Shown here one piece after another: positions 50,132-60,392 of a stretch of 64,000 nucleotides of DNA. Position 1 is the stretch's first letter; each line of letters begins with the position of its first letter. The position numbers and the translations under genes are program-made. Source of the DNA: Candidatus Margulisiibacteriota bacterium (GTDB lineage: Bacteria > Margulisbacteria > WOR-1 > JAKLHX01 > JBAZKV01); contig JBAZKV010000002.1 in NCBI GenBank assembly GCA_041650635.1, positions 47,844 to 111,843 on the forward strand. Reading direction: 5' to 3'. Below the pieces are notes generated by a model. The model worked only from the letters and a program-made list of their open reading frames with translations. It ran no database searches and was not told where the DNA came from.

Positions 50132-51280
50132 CTATGAGCGCAGATTGTCCAGCATCCTTGCCCTGTCGCAGCGGGAAAGTTTTGTTTTTTTAACGACTTT
50201 AGAGAAGAATTCTATCGTACTGTCATATGTGGGGCGGTCAACGGGATAAGGGGTAGCGTCCTTGCCGCCGTGAGCAAAAGAATATCTGGCGGGGTCCTCG
50301 TAAGAAGCATTGGCTCCGTAGATCACCTCCGACACCAGAGAGAGCGCTCTGATGGTCTTTGGCCCGACTCCTTCTTTTGATAGCAGTTCTTCATAGCTGG
50401 CGGGCTTTTCGTCGCACAGTTTGAACAGGATCTTTTCCAGATATTTGCTCTTTGAAAAATCCTCATTCTCTACCGGGTGATGCTCAAATTCCCTGTCCGG
50501 CAGTTTAAGCAGTGTTGTTTTTTCTCCCCTGTGTTTAAAGGAGACCATCTTAGAGTATTCGCTGTAATGCCTGCGAAGCAGTTCGATGTCTTTCATCAAA
50601 GTATTGAACCCTCCGCGCACAAGCTCCGTGCTAAGGGCCCTGTTCTTTGTGCTGTTTTTTGCTGTCAGGTCAAGGGCAGGAACTTTGACCTGGCTGGCGA
50701 TGCCGGAGTGCGGCTCGCATACCAGGTCTGTTATCTTTTCGGAATACCAGTGGTACCTGCGCGCGGTGGCATTCTGCGTGTTCATACCCTGCTGTACCAC
50801 CGCCCAGGCCCCGCCGCAGGAAAAGAAAAAAGCGTGGTGATATATCTGAAAGCCGTCCTGGATAAGAGAGCTGTCCACCTTGGCCGCCATCTTTGAGTTG
50901 TAGACCAGGTTCTCACCTCTTTTGTCAGGAAGGCTCAGGCGCTCCGCCCAGCTCCGTATCTCTTCCGGGGTCTTTCTGGAGGTTTTACCTTTGCCGCCGC
51001 AGATAAAAAGCCCGAGCCGTCCTTCCATACCTCTGATCGCTTCCTTCAGTGCGGCAGTGAGTATCGTGGTCAGCCCGGAAGCGTTCCAATCAAACGCAAG
51101 TACCGTGCCAAGCGACTGGAACCAGACGGGATCCCCTATCCTTTTTATGAACTCCCCGCTGCCGTGCTCCTCTATGATGACCTCCATCATCTCTCTTCCA
51201 AGGAGAACCATCCTGTCAAAGAGCCATTTGGGGCATTTTCCCGTATCAAGAGTAAAAGTGGCGATGCCGCGGTCGATCAT
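50132..51280 (-). CDS. DUF763 family protein
   Basis: P.WFQSLG, DW..SG.TT, GGKG, VQQGMN, ARRYHW, FAHGGKD..PYPVD. Confidence 0.88.
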   Translation of the reverse strand: MIDRGIATFTLDTGKCPKWLFDRMVLLGREMMEVIIEEHGSGEFIKRIGDPVWFQSLGTVLAFDWNASGLTTILTAALKEAIRGMEGRLGLFICGGKGKTSRKTPEEIRSWAERLSLPDKRGENLVYNSKMAAKVDSSLIQDGFQIYHHAFFFSCGGAWAVVQQGMNTQNATARRYHWYSEKITDLVCEPHSGIASQVKVPALDLTAKNSTKNRALSTELVRGGFNTLMKDIELLRRHYSEYSKMVSFKHRGEKTTLLKLPDREFEHHPVENEDFSKSKYLEKILFKLCDEKPASYEELLSKEGVGPKTIRALSLVSEVIYGANASYEDPARYSFAHGGKDATPYPVDRPTYDSTIEFFSKVVKKTKLSRCDRARMLDNLRS

Positions 51281-51298
51281 TGGAGCTAAATTATAACA

Positions 51299-52486
51299 CT
51301 ATTCGGAAAGGTCAATATCAGGCATGCAAAAATGCGCGACACTTGCCGTCCTAAGCCCGTCGGCAAATTCGCGGCCTCTTTCTCCCCGTTCTGCCACAGC
51401 CCTTATTATTTCCTCCCGGCTTTGCAAAGGCAGCTCAGCGATCCTTCCAAAAACATTAAGGTAATCGGAGAGATCCAAAAGCCTCAAATTTCGCCTTTCT
51501 AGGCCTTCTAACTCAAGATAAGCGGCTCTGGCCGGTATATAGACAGGGGTATCTTCCTGCCAGGCAGGCCTGATAAACCTCTCTGCAGCCATAAAAGCGG
51601 TAAGGTCCGCGTACTCTTTCTGAATAGGTTCTCTGACGGCCATGGCATAAACTCCAGAATAGAGGTTATCCCGTTCTACGCTTCCAAGAGTCCCTGCGTA
51701 ATGCCTCACTATTTCTGGATTCCTCTGCAAAATGGCAGAAAGCTCATGCGCCGCGTCCCAGGGAGTCTGCCCCCCGCCAGAATAAGACAGCAGGCTTGAC
51801 AGAGTATCTGCGGCTCTTTCCCCTTTTGAGTCAGAAAGCCTTTCCCGTAAAGCGGATAATCCCCTAAAAGCATAGGCAGGAGCGAATTTTGCCGACAGCA
51901 TCAGCCCGGCCAATGCTCCTCCTCCCACAATATAGGGGTCCTGGCCAAAAATGCCTGCCAGGCCCGCCCCGGCTCCCAATCCCAAAAAACCTGACATTCT
52001 GGTTATCGAGCTCTTTAGTTTGGTGTCCGACCAGCCGTTCGCAAATCTCGGAGTATCAAATAAAAGCCCGAAATTATTCTCGTTAAAAAGGTTCTCTCTA
52101 ATTTCCGATGCCGCCGGTCCTATTATTTCTACCTCGGCGCCCCGCCCCCCGAGAAGAAAAGGAAGTTCCCAGGGGCTTCTGCAGACAGCGGCATATACGG
52201 AATAAGTCAGCTCTCTTTCCGAGACATTATAAGCAGCGACCTTAACCACCCCTGACCTTTCAAGACAACCGGCCAGTTTTGGAAAAGCCGAGATCCCGCC
52301 GACCTGATGTTCAAGCATCAGTCTCCCGTTCTCGGCATGGAAGGCCATCGGCATCTGCCTGCTGACATCCGAAAACTGCCTCAGGAACCTTAGAGCTCCT
52401 GCCGGCGGATCGGCGGTATACCTATCAGCCTGCCCGGCCGTAACAATGCGTAAAGAAGGGTTCACCGATATCTTTATAAAACTCAT
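51299..52486 (-). CDS. Hypothetical protein with two central hydrophobic glycine-rich segments
   Basis: 395-aa ORF, AAGGAG SD; preceded by GAAAT-N16-CGATA. Confidence 0.65.
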   Translation of the reverse strand: MSFIKISVNPSLRIVTAGQADRYTADPPAGALRFLRQFSDVSRQMPMAFHAENGRLMLEHQVGGISAFPKLAGCLERSGVVKVAAYNVSERELTYSVYAAVCRSPWELPFLLGGRGAEVEIIGPAASEIRENLFNENNFGLLFDTPRFANGWSDTKLKSSITRMSGFLGLGAGAGLAGIFGQDPYIVGGGALAGLMLSAKFAPAYAFRGLSALRERLSDSKGERAADTLSSLLSYSGGGQTPWDAAHELSAILQRNPEIVRHYAGTLGSVERDNLYSGVYAMAVREPIQKEYADLTAFMAAERFIRPAWQEDTPVYIPARAAYLELEGLERRNLRLLDLSDYLNVFGRIAELPLQSREEIIRAVAERGERGREFADGLRTASVAHFCMPDIDLSE

Positions 52487-52522
52487 AGAGGTCTCCTTTT
52501 GCTGAATGAGCGGACATCAGTT

Positions 52523-52548
52523 TATCGATAAAACACCGGCAGGATTTC
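52523..52548 (-). promoter_or_regulatory. Putative alternative-sigma promoter GAAAT-N16-CGATA
   Basis: Minus strand GAAAT cctgccggtgttttat CGATA. Confidence 0.55.
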
Positions 52549-52599
52549 ACCAAGCTCAATAAGAGAACCTATTGTTTGACACGGATGCGTAAGTTTTGA

Positions 52600-52986
52600 C
52601 TACTTTTTTATGTTCGCCTCGACCGCTTTCAGGAGTTCATCGGGCTTTATAGGTTTTTCCAGAAGCGCTGCTACCGGCAGATAGTCCGGGTCCGGCTCAA
52701 AACCAAAAGGAAGGTTCATGTCCTTTCTGATACCGGTTATCATGATGACCGGCAGGTCCCTTGTAGAGGCCTCATTCTTGAGGTTCTTTGCAAGATCAAA
52801 GCCTTCGGTCTTACTTGACATCATGACATCAAGCAGCATGAGGTCCGGCTTTTCTTCTTTGGCTTTTGCAAGGCCTTCCGTTCCGTTGGAGGCCGAGACA
52901 ACGCTATAGCCTTTTGATTCAAGTATCGAAGCCATAGCCTCGACAAAATCCATATCATCATCAACTATCAATATTTTCCCTGCCAT
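52600..52986 (-). CDS. Single-domain response regulator
   Basis: ILIVDDD, LLDVMM, IMITG, EKP. Confidence 0.92.
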   Translation of the reverse strand: MAGKILIVDDDMDFVEAMASILESKGYSVVSASNGTEGLAKAKEEKPDLMLLDVMMSSKTEGFDLAKNLKNEASTRDLPVIMITGIRKDMNLPFGFEPDPDYLPVAALLEKPIKPDELLKAVEANIKK

Positions 52987-53032
52987 TATTAGTCTCCTTT
53001 CGGGATTATATCATACGGCCCAAAGGCCGCGC

Positions 53033-53494
53033 CTATTTTTTGCGGTAGCTCCTGATTATCTCTTTTATCTTTTTTGGCGTCAGTTCACCGTAGATCTTAT
53101 CGTCTATCATGACGACAGGGGCGATCCCGCAGGCCCCCAGACACCTTGCCTCGGCAAGCGAAAAGAGGTTGTCCTCGGTGGTGCCGCCCACCCCTATTTT
53201 GAGCTCTTCCTTGATCGCGTTTAGAACATCATCTGCGCCTTTGACATAACAGGCGGTGCCCAGACAGACGGAGATAACATGTTTGCCTTTTGGCTTAAGG
53301 TTAAAGTAATGGTAAAAGGTCGCCACCCCCCAGATATGGGCGGTGGGAATGTTCATGGAATCGGCCACTTCGTCCATTACCGACCTGTCAAGGTAGCCGA
53401 ACAGTTCCTGGGCTTTATGCAGTATCGCTATAAGATAGGATTCCGGGTTTTCTTTCTTCTTTACCTGCTCTATGTATTCTTTTAGTCTTTCCAT
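53033..53494 (-). CDS. NuoE-like 2Fe-2S hydrogenase subunit (HydC/HndA)
   Basis: CLGTACYVKG, RCLGACGIAP. Confidence 0.9.
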   Translation of the reverse strand: MERLKEYIEQVKKKENPESYLIAILHKAQELFGYLDRSVMDEVADSMNIPTAHIWGVATFYHYFNLKPKGKHVISVCLGTACYVKGADDVLNAIKEELKIGVGGTTEDNLFSLAEARCLGACGIAPVVMIDDKIYGELTPKKIKEIIRSYRKK

Positions 53495-53495
53495 T

Positions 53496-55268
53496 TTATC
53501 TTGCCTTTATGTTGCGGCTTATTATGCCTCTCGGCTCCTTTTTGGCATAATGAGTATGCAGAAGTTTGTGCGCCATAGGAGAAAGCGGCCTTCCGAGAAA
53601 ATCCTTATAGACCCTTTGTATGTCAGGATTTTCATGGCTCCGTCTTATCGTCTTGTTCCTGTCAAGGTCATAAAGCGCCTGCGCTCTTTTTGCCAGACAG
53701 GCTTCGTCAAGCGGGATTGAGTTGATACCTGAATAAGGCTGTCCTCCCCCGCCTATGCAACCACCGGGGCATCCCATTATTTCTATAAAATGGAACCTGT
53801 CGGGCTCTTTTCTGGCAATATCAAGAAGATCTGCGGCATTGCCCAGCCCGTGGGCCACCGCTACTCTTATTTCCTTGCCGTCCATCATGAGTTTTCCTTC
53901 TTTGATCCCTTTCATTCCCCTTATGCCATCCACTTCTATATTGACGAGAGTCTCCCCGGTATAAAGCTCATAGGCGGTCCTGATGGCGGCTTCCATAACC
54001 CCGCCGGTGGTCCCGAATATCGCGCCCGCTCCGGAAGAAAGGCCCAGAGGAGCGTCAAATTCCTCTCCTTTAATATTGACTAGGTCTATGCCCACGGATT
54101 TTATCATCCAGGCAGCTTCTCTGGTGGTGATGACCGTATCAACCCCTCTAAGACCGTCAACAACCAATTCAGGTCTGGCCGATTCATACTTTTTAGCCGT
54201 ACAGCACATTACTGCAACGCTGAAGACCTCTTTTGGTTCTCTTTTAAGTTTTGCGGGAAAATAGGTCTTAAGCAGGGCTCCCATCATTGACATTGGCGAC
54301 TTGCAAGTAGAAATGTTATCTATAAGATCAGGGTGGAACTGTTCCATGCATTTCATCCAAGCGGCGGAACAGGAAGTTATCATAGGCAGTTTGCCTTTGC
54401 CCTGGAGCCTTTCAAGGAATTCGCTTGCTTCCTCCATTATCGTAAGGTCGGCTCCGAACTGGGTGTCAAAAACATAGTCAAAGCCCAGCTTGCGCATTGC
54501 CGCGGCCAGTTGTTTTTCCATGTTGGTCCCGGGCGGCAGCCCAAAAGCCTCTCCAATGGCAGCCCTTACCGAGGGCGCTATCTGCACCGCTTTCAGAAGA
54601 GATTTGTCGTCAAGCTTTTCAAAAACATCCTGCGTATAGTTCTTTTCCACAAATGCGGCCGTGGGACAGACATTTATGCACTGCCCGCAGGCGGTGCAGA
54701 CCGTTTCGGTAAAAGGCAGGTCGTAAGCGGGCATGACAACGGTCTTAAAGCCTCTGTGCGCGTGTCCTAAGGCGCTCACCTTTTGCAGTTCGGAGCAGAT
54801 GCGCACGCACCTGCCGCAAAGGATGCACTTGTTGGGGTCCCTTACAACTGAAGTCGAAGAAACATCTTTCTGGTATTTCTTTCTCTCGCCCTCAAAATGC
54901 CTTTTCTTTATCCCCATAGAGTAGGCAAGCCTCTGCAATTCACAGTTGCTGTCCCTTTCGCAGGTGTGGCAGTCCTGCGGATGGTTGTCCAGGATAAGCT
55001 CCACTATATCCCTTCTTGCCCTGCGCAGTTCCTTTGTTTCGGTATAGATCTTCATCCCGTCGGCGACAGGGAAAGAGCAAGAGGCCACATAATTTTTCTG
55101 TCCATAGACCTCAACAATACAGACCCGGCAGGCCCCTTCTATGGAAAGCCTCGGATGGTAGCAGAGCCTCGGTATTTTGAACCCGACCGTATCGGCAGCC
55201 TGCATTATGGTCTGGTTGTCTTCAACCTCATACGGTTTGTCGTTAATAAAAACTTTTATCTTTGCCAT
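53496..55268 (-). CDS. hydA: [FeFe] hydrogenase catalytic subunit (group A, bifurcating type)
   Basis: N-terminal 2Fe-2S, His-ligated and 2x4Fe-4S clusters; ADLTIMEE, TSCS, GGVMEAA, EIMGCPGGCIGGGGQP. Confidence 0.92.
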   Translation of the reverse strand: MAKIKVFINDKPYEVEDNQTIMQAADTVGFKIPRLCYHPRLSIEGACRVCIVEVYGQKNYVASCSFPVADGMKIYTETKELRRARRDIVELILDNHPQDCHTCERDSNCELQRLAYSMGIKKRHFEGERKKYQKDVSSTSVVRDPNKCILCGRCVRICSELQKVSALGHAHRGFKTVVMPAYDLPFTETVCTACGQCINVCPTAAFVEKNYTQDVFEKLDDKSLLKAVQIAPSVRAAIGEAFGLPPGTNMEKQLAAAMRKLGFDYVFDTQFGADLTIMEEASEFLERLQGKGKLPMITSCSAAWMKCMEQFHPDLIDNISTCKSPMSMMGALLKTYFPAKLKREPKEVFSVAVMCCTAKKYESARPELVVDGLRGVDTVITTREAAWMIKSVGIDLVNIKGEEFDAPLGLSSGAGAIFGTTGGVMEAAIRTAYELYTGETLVNIEVDGIRGMKGIKEGKLMMDGKEIRVAVAHGLGNAADLLDIARKEPDRFHFIEIMGCPGGCIGGGGQPYSGINSIPLDEACLAKRAQALYDLDRNKTIRRSHENPDIQRVYKDFLGRPLSPMAHKLLHTHYAKKEPRGIISRNIKAR

Positions 55269-55272
55269 TACC

Positions 55273-57063
55273 TTATGTCCTGTCTATCGCACTAAATTTG
55301 CAGATCTTGTAGCACTGCCCGCATTTTATGCAGAGGCTCTGGTCTATCTCGTGCCTGTTTTTTGGGCTGCCCGATATAGCATTGACCGGACAGGCCCTGC
55401 GGCAGGCCCCGCAGCCCGTGCATTTTTCGTTTATCGTATAGTTCATCATGTAAGTGCAGACCCTGGCCCTGCATTTTTTGTCCCTGATATGCTCTTCATA
55501 CTCAGCCCTGAAGTTTTTTATGGTGCTCAGTACCGGATTGGGAGCGTTCTGCCCCAGTCCGCAGAGCGAGGCCTTTGTTATCATGGTGCCAAGCCTCTCA
55601 AGTTTTTCAATATCGCCTTCCTGCCCTTTGCCCTCCGTTATTCTGGTCAGTATTTCAAGCATCCTCTTGGTGCCTTCGCGGCACGGAGTGCACTTGCCGC
55701 AGGATTCGTTCTGGGTAAATTCAAGGAAGTATTTTGCTATATTGACCATGCAGCTGTTCTCGTCTATAACTATCATGCCGCCCGAACCCATGATGGAGCC
55801 GGCTTTCTGCAGCGACTCGTAATCTATGGGCGTGTCCAGGAATTCTTCGGGAAGACAGCCTCCGGACGGGCCTCCCGTCTGAACCGCCTTGAACTTTTTG
55901 TTGCCGGGGATGCCTCCTCCGATATCGTAGATGATCTGCCTTAAAGTTGTCCCCATCGGGACCTCTACCAGCCCTGTGTTCTTTATGTTGCCCGCAAGCG
56001 CGAACACCTTTGTGCCTTTGCTTTTGCCCACGCCTATCGAAGAGAACCAGTCGGCCCCGTCAAGGATTATCACCGGGATATTGGACCAGGTCTCCACATT
56101 ATTGATGCAGGTCGGTTTTCCAAAAAGTCCCTCAACAGAAGGATACGGCGGCCTGGGCCTGGGCATTCCGCGCGAGCCCTCTATCGAATGCATGAGTGCG
56201 GTTTCTTCGCCGCAGACAAAGGCTCCCGCCCCGAGCCGTATCTCTACATCAAAAGAAAATCCCGAGCCCAGTATGTTCTTCCCTAGAAAGCCTTCCTGAT
56301 ATGCCTGTTCTATTGCTTTTTCTATTCTTTTTATCGCAAGAGGGTATTCTGCCCTGATGTAGATAATGCCTTTTGTGGCGCCTATAGCATATCCGCCTAT
56401 TATTATCCCTTCAAGAACGCTGTGGGGATCGCCCTCTATCATGCTCCTGTCCATGAACGCTCCCGGATCGCCTTCGTCCGCATTGCAGATGACATACTTG
56501 ATGTCGTTCTTTTGCCTGGCGGTAAGTTCCCACTTTATGCCGGTGGGAAATCCTGCTCCCCCGCGTCCCCGCAGCCCGGATTTTCTGACTTCCGCAACCA
56601 CTTCCTCGCTTTTCATGTCGGTCAGCACCTTTGCCAAGGCTTCATATCCGCGCACCGAAAGATAATCGTCAATATTTTCCGGGTCTATAACCCCGCAGTT
56701 GCGCAGCGCTATCCTCATCTGCCGCCCAAAAAAGTTAACATCCCCAAAAACCCTGAAGAACCTGTTATAAAGATGGTCTGTCTGGATAGTAAGCTCTGCC
56801 ACGGGCTTTTTGAGGATGATATGCTCATCAAATATCTTCTTAACATCCTCGGGCTTGAGGTTGCCGTAGACCGTATAACCCGGATTAACGATGAGGATCG
56901 GCCCCTTTGAACACATTCCCAGACAGCCGGAAAGGTTAAAAGTCACCTTTCCCGAAAGCCCTCTGGCTTCTATCTCTTTTTCGATCAGTTCCTTGATCTT
57001 TTTAGATTCTTTTTGGATGCACGAAGTCCCGTCGCACAAGGTTAGATTGAATTTTCTCGCCAT
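55273..57063 (-). CDS. NuoF-like NADH-binding hydrogenase subunit (HydB/HndC)
   Basis: SGLRGRGGAGFPTG, NADEGDPG, GAGAFVCGEETAL, ESCGKCTPCR, C-terminal 2x4Fe-4S. Confidence 0.93.
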   Translation of the reverse strand: MARKFNLTLCDGTSCIQKESKKIKELIEKEIEARGLSGKVTFNLSGCLGMCSKGPILIVNPGYTVYGNLKPEDVKKIFDEHIILKKPVAELTIQTDHLYNRFFRVFGDVNFFGRQMRIALRNCGVIDPENIDDYLSVRGYEALAKVLTDMKSEEVVAEVRKSGLRGRGGAGFPTGIKWELTARQKNDIKYVICNADEGDPGAFMDRSMIEGDPHSVLEGIIIGGYAIGATKGIIYIRAEYPLAIKRIEKAIEQAYQEGFLGKNILGSGFSFDVEIRLGAGAFVCGEETALMHSIEGSRGMPRPRPPYPSVEGLFGKPTCINNVETWSNIPVIILDGADWFSSIGVGKSKGTKVFALAGNIKNTGLVEVPMGTTLRQIIYDIGGGIPGNKKFKAVQTGGPSGGCLPEEFLDTPIDYESLQKAGSIMGSGGMIVIDENSCMVNIAKYFLEFTQNESCGKCTPCREGTKRMLEILTRITEGKGQEGDIEKLERLGTMITKASLCGLGQNAPNPVLSTIKNFRAEYEEHIRDKKCRARVCTYMMNYTINEKCTGCGACRRACPVNAISGSPKNRHEIDQSLCIKCGQCYKICKFSAIDRT

Positions 57064-57420
57064 TTATTTGATCACCCATTCGCTGATAACTTCCCCGCCC
57101 TTTATGTGACGCTCGATTATTTCTTTTGCCCTCTCGGCCGTCACCTTTCCGTATTTTACGGGGATCTTTCCTTCTTCCACCACTTCTACGGTGGGTTCAA
57201 GGTTGCATCTGCCGGCGCAGCCCTTCTGGCTCAGGTACATGTCAAGCTGCCCTTTTGAAGCCGCGTTTTTAAAGATCTCCATAACTTCTTTAGACCCTGC
57301 CGCTATCTCGCAGGTCGCCATCCCGACATAGACCCTTTTTGTGGAAAGGAAACCCTTGCCAACTATCCTGTTTATGGCTTCCGCCCTTTTCTTTTTTACT
57401 ATTTCGATCGGAGTCGCCAT
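57064..57420 (-). CDS. Thioredoxin-like 2Fe-2S ferredoxin (HndB/HydD-like)
   Basis: VGMATCEIAAG, GCAGRCNLEPTV. Confidence 0.85.
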   Translation of the reverse strand: MATPIEIVKKKRAEAINRIVGKGFLSTKRVYVGMATCEIAAGSKEVMEIFKNAASKGQLDMYLSQKGCAGRCNLEPTVEVVEEGKIPVKYGKVTAERAKEIIERHIKGGEVISEWVIK

Positions 57421-57430
57421 CTGGCCTCCT

Positions 57431-59257
57431 TCAGCTGTTTTGCGCTATTTCAAAAATGAACGAATTGCCGTTGTCTCTGGACTCCACCCGGATGCTGCCG
57501 CCGTGCTTTTCAATTATCTGCCTGGATATGAACAGCCCGAGCCCGGTGCCTTTATTCTTTTTGGTCTCCGGATTGTCCAGCCTGGAAAACCTTTTGAACA
57601 GCCTCTGTGTTTCTTCGCCGGTCAGCGGTTTTCCATCGTTATAGACCTCTACTTTTATTCTATCACTTTCTTGAACGCAGTTAAGGGACACTTTGCCATT
57701 GGCGGAGCCGTATTTGACGGCATTTCCGACAAGATTGTTGGCAACGATCTGCATCAGATTGAAGTCCGCACGGACCTTTATCCCCCTCGCTATGTTGTTC
57801 TCTATCACGATACTCTTTTCTGCGGCCGGTTTAAAAAATTCCTGAACGCTCTGGTCCAGCAGGTCCTCGCCCAGGAGAAGATCGGTCCTGTTCACGGGCA
57901 TCTCGTCCTTTTCTATCCTGGACAGGTTGAGAAAGTTCTTTACTGTAGAGTCAAAATACTCCAGGTTCTTTACCACGGAATCGAGGGCTTTTCTCTGCTT
58001 AAAATTGATCATCCCCAGGAAACCGTCCCTGACGCTGTAGGCGTGCAGCATTGTAGAGGCAAGAATGCCCTTGAGTTCGTGCGAAACAAATCCGACAAGG
58101 TCAAGGTACCTGATGTTAGAATCCTTGAGAGTTCTTTCCCTTTCGGACAACTGCACGGCCATAAGGTTGAAAGACCTCGCGAACTTGTTAAGTTCTTTTA
58201 TCGGCGTTCTTGTCATTACCCTGAAAGCAAGGTCCCCTCCCGAGATCTTTTCGGTAGCCTCCAGCATTCTGTCGATGGGCCGTGTCATGGAAAACTCGAG
58301 AAAGAACGCAAGAAGAGCGGCAAAGACGGATGCCACTGCCACTATTCCCAGGAACATGATAAGAATGTTCCTCTTCATGTCCCTGAAAGGCTCTTCAAGC
58401 GTCCCCACATAAAGGATACCGATGACCTTTCCTTCTATGTCCCTGATAGGCTCATACGCGGTAAGATACCAGTCGGTAACGACAAAGGCCCTGTCAAACC
58501 ACCTGCCGCCCTTTACCGCCACCCTTTCGTAAACATCTTTTGAGATGCGGGTCCCCAGGGCTCTGCTGCCCTGACGGTCAAGGACATTGGTCGCGATCCT
58601 GACATCGTCCTGAAAAATGGTGACCGTGCCCAAAGGTTTTCCTTTGTAGAGCTGTTCCTCAAAAACATAGCCGCGCACTGCATCCACAAGCTGAAGGTCC
58701 CTGTTAAGAAGCCTTCCGCCGTAGATCACCTTATCCACTTTACCCGCGCTATCATAAGATAAAGGAGATGCACAGCCTATGGCCATGGCGTTTTCAAGCT
58801 CTTTTCTTTCGGTAGGCAGTGCCATGGGGGTGTTGACCAGCGGCATTCTTGCCCTTTCATAAAGCTCTGCACCCATCTTTTTCAGTTCGTCCTTATCGAT
58901 TATCCTGGTGCCTCCGGCAGAAGCCCCCGTCTCAAAGGCCCGTTTTACTATCTCGCTTTTGACAGAGGGCAGTTCGGAGCGTTTAACTATATCAAGGTAG
59001 TCCAGCCTGAGTTTTATCCTGATGCTTTTGAGGTCGCTTGGTTCTCCCATAAAAGAGAAGACATCTTTGAGCTTTTCTATCTCTGCATTATAGAATTTGC
59101 GCGCTATCGTAATATCGCTGACCATCTGCTTCTGCTCTCTGCCGACTATGTTGCTGTTGATCACATAGGCGCCAAAAATACCCACTAGCAGAGCAAGCAT
59201 AGTTATAACAAGCAGAAAGGAGTAGATTATTCTTGTTCTGATGCTGGTCGGCTTCAT
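57431..59257 (-). CDS. Membrane sensor histidine kinase (Cache and HAMP domains)
   Basis: TIFQDDVRIATNV Cache motif, HAMP, SHELK, NAVKYG, GTGLGL; start uncertain. Confidence 0.9.
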   Translation of the reverse strand: MKPTSIRTRIIYSFLLVITMLALLVGIFGAYVINSNIVGREQKQMVSDITIARKFYNAEIEKLKDVFSFMGEPSDLKSIRIKLRLDYLDIVKRSELPSVKSEIVKRAFETGASAGGTRIIDKDELKKMGAELYERARMPLVNTPMALPTERKELENAMAIGCASPLSYDSAGKVDKVIYGGRLLNRDLQLVDAVRGYVFEEQLYKGKPLGTVTIFQDDVRIATNVLDRQGSRALGTRISKDVYERVAVKGGRWFDRAFVVTDWYLTAYEPIRDIEGKVIGILYVGTLEEPFRDMKRNILIMFLGIVAVASVFAALLAFFLEFSMTRPIDRMLEATEKISGGDLAFRVMTRTPIKELNKFARSFNLMAVQLSERERTLKDSNIRYLDLVGFVSHELKGILASTMLHAYSVRDGFLGMINFKQRKALDSVVKNLEYFDSTVKNFLNLSRIEKDEMPVNRTDLLLGEDLLDQSVQEFFKPAAEKSIVIENNIARGIKVRADFNLMQIVANNLVGNAVKYGSANGKVSLNCVQESDRIKVEVYNDGKPLTGEETQRLFKRFSRLDNPETKKNKGTGLGLFISRQIIEKHGGSIRVESRDNGNSFIFEIAQNS

Positions 59258-59348
59258 TGTCCTTGCCTTATTTGAAGAGTTGCCTGCCAAAAACCGCGGC
59301 TGTAATTATTATATACCATACGAACGCCATTAGTGCTAGAATATTGCC

Positions 59349-60365
59349 ATGATAAAAAGCGATCATTACAGGACAGCCACCTTTATAGCGCTTCTGGTGA
59401 TATCGACGCTCCTTTTTCTGCTTCTGCTGAGGCCGTTCTTTAAGCCGATCGGGGTCGCGTTCATAGGCTCCATCCTGGTATACCCCATGTACAAGTGGGT
59501 CAGTTCGGTCTCAAGGTCGAGGACATTCGGCGCTTCGGTAAGCGTGCTCACTCTTATAGCCGTGTTTGTGGCGCCTCTCATATTCTTAACCTACGAGATC
59601 TACAAAGAGCTTACCGATCTTCTCCTGCTCATGAGGGGCAGCTACAGCCCGGAATATGTAGGCAGGCTCGCCGAGGCCGCAAGGTCCCTGCCCGGCGCTT
59701 CGGAAGTAATAGCAGGCATTAATGAAACCGCCCAAAGAACGGCCTCGTATTTTGCCGCCCAGGCTTTTTCTACGATTAAGAACATAATCTGGTTCCTGGT
59801 AGAGATATTTGTGGTGCTCATAACAATATTCTTTGTCCTAAGGGATTCCTCTTCTCTGCTTGACAGGACTCATGCCCTTTCCCCGTTCAAGAAACATGAG
59901 ACCGACACGGTCCTTAACAAGATCAGGGACACCATTTATGCCACGGTGTTCGGCGTGGTAGTGGTAGCCATGGTCCAGGGGTTCATCGGAGGATTGGGCT
60001 TTGCCATGCTGGGCCTGGAGTCTCCCGTCCTTTGGGGCTGTGCGATGGCCCTGCTGGCCATGATACCTTTTCTCGGAGCGCCTGTGATCTGGTTCCCCGC
60101 TGTCGTCTATCTGTTCCTGCACGGACAGTTCCTGAGCGCTGTGTTCCTCTTTTTGTGGGGGGCTTTTGTGGTGGGGCTCATCGACAATGTGCTAAGGCCG
60201 CTGATAATAGGAGGAAAAGCCCGGCTGCATTCCCTGCTTGTTTTTTTCAGCGCCTTCGGAGGCATAATACTTCTGGGGCCCGCCGGAATATTCTTTGGCC
60301 CTATAATCCTGTCCATAACGCTGGTGCTGGCTGATTTTCTGGAAAAGAAGATAAAGGAATCGTAG
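59349..60365 (+). CDS. AI-2E family transporter
   Basis: Multiple TM segments; IPFLG, DNVLRP, G..FGP. Confidence 0.9.
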   Translation: MIKSDHYRTATFIALLVISTLLFLLLLRPFFKPIGVAFIGSILVYPMYKWVSSVSRSRTFGASVSVLTLIAVFVAPLIFLTYEIYKELTDLLLLMRGSYSPEYVGRLAEAARSLPGASEVIAGINETAQRTASYFAAQAFSTIKNIIWFLVEIFVVLITIFFVLRDSSSLLDRTHALSPFKKHETDTVLNKIRDTIYATVFGVVVVAMVQGFIGGLGFAMLGLESPVLWGCAMALLAMIPFLGAPVIWFPAVVYLFLHGQFLSAVFLFLWGAFVVGLIDNVLRPLIIGGKARLHSLLVFFSAFGGIILLGPAGIFFGPIILSITLVLADFLEKKIKES

Positions 60366-60392
60366 CCAGTGCCAAGTCGCGGCCGCACAGGA

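Noticed and set aside
57341-58543. 400-aa plus-strand ORF and similar long antisense ORFs
   Set aside because: These are shadow frames opposite well-supported genes, with no motifs.
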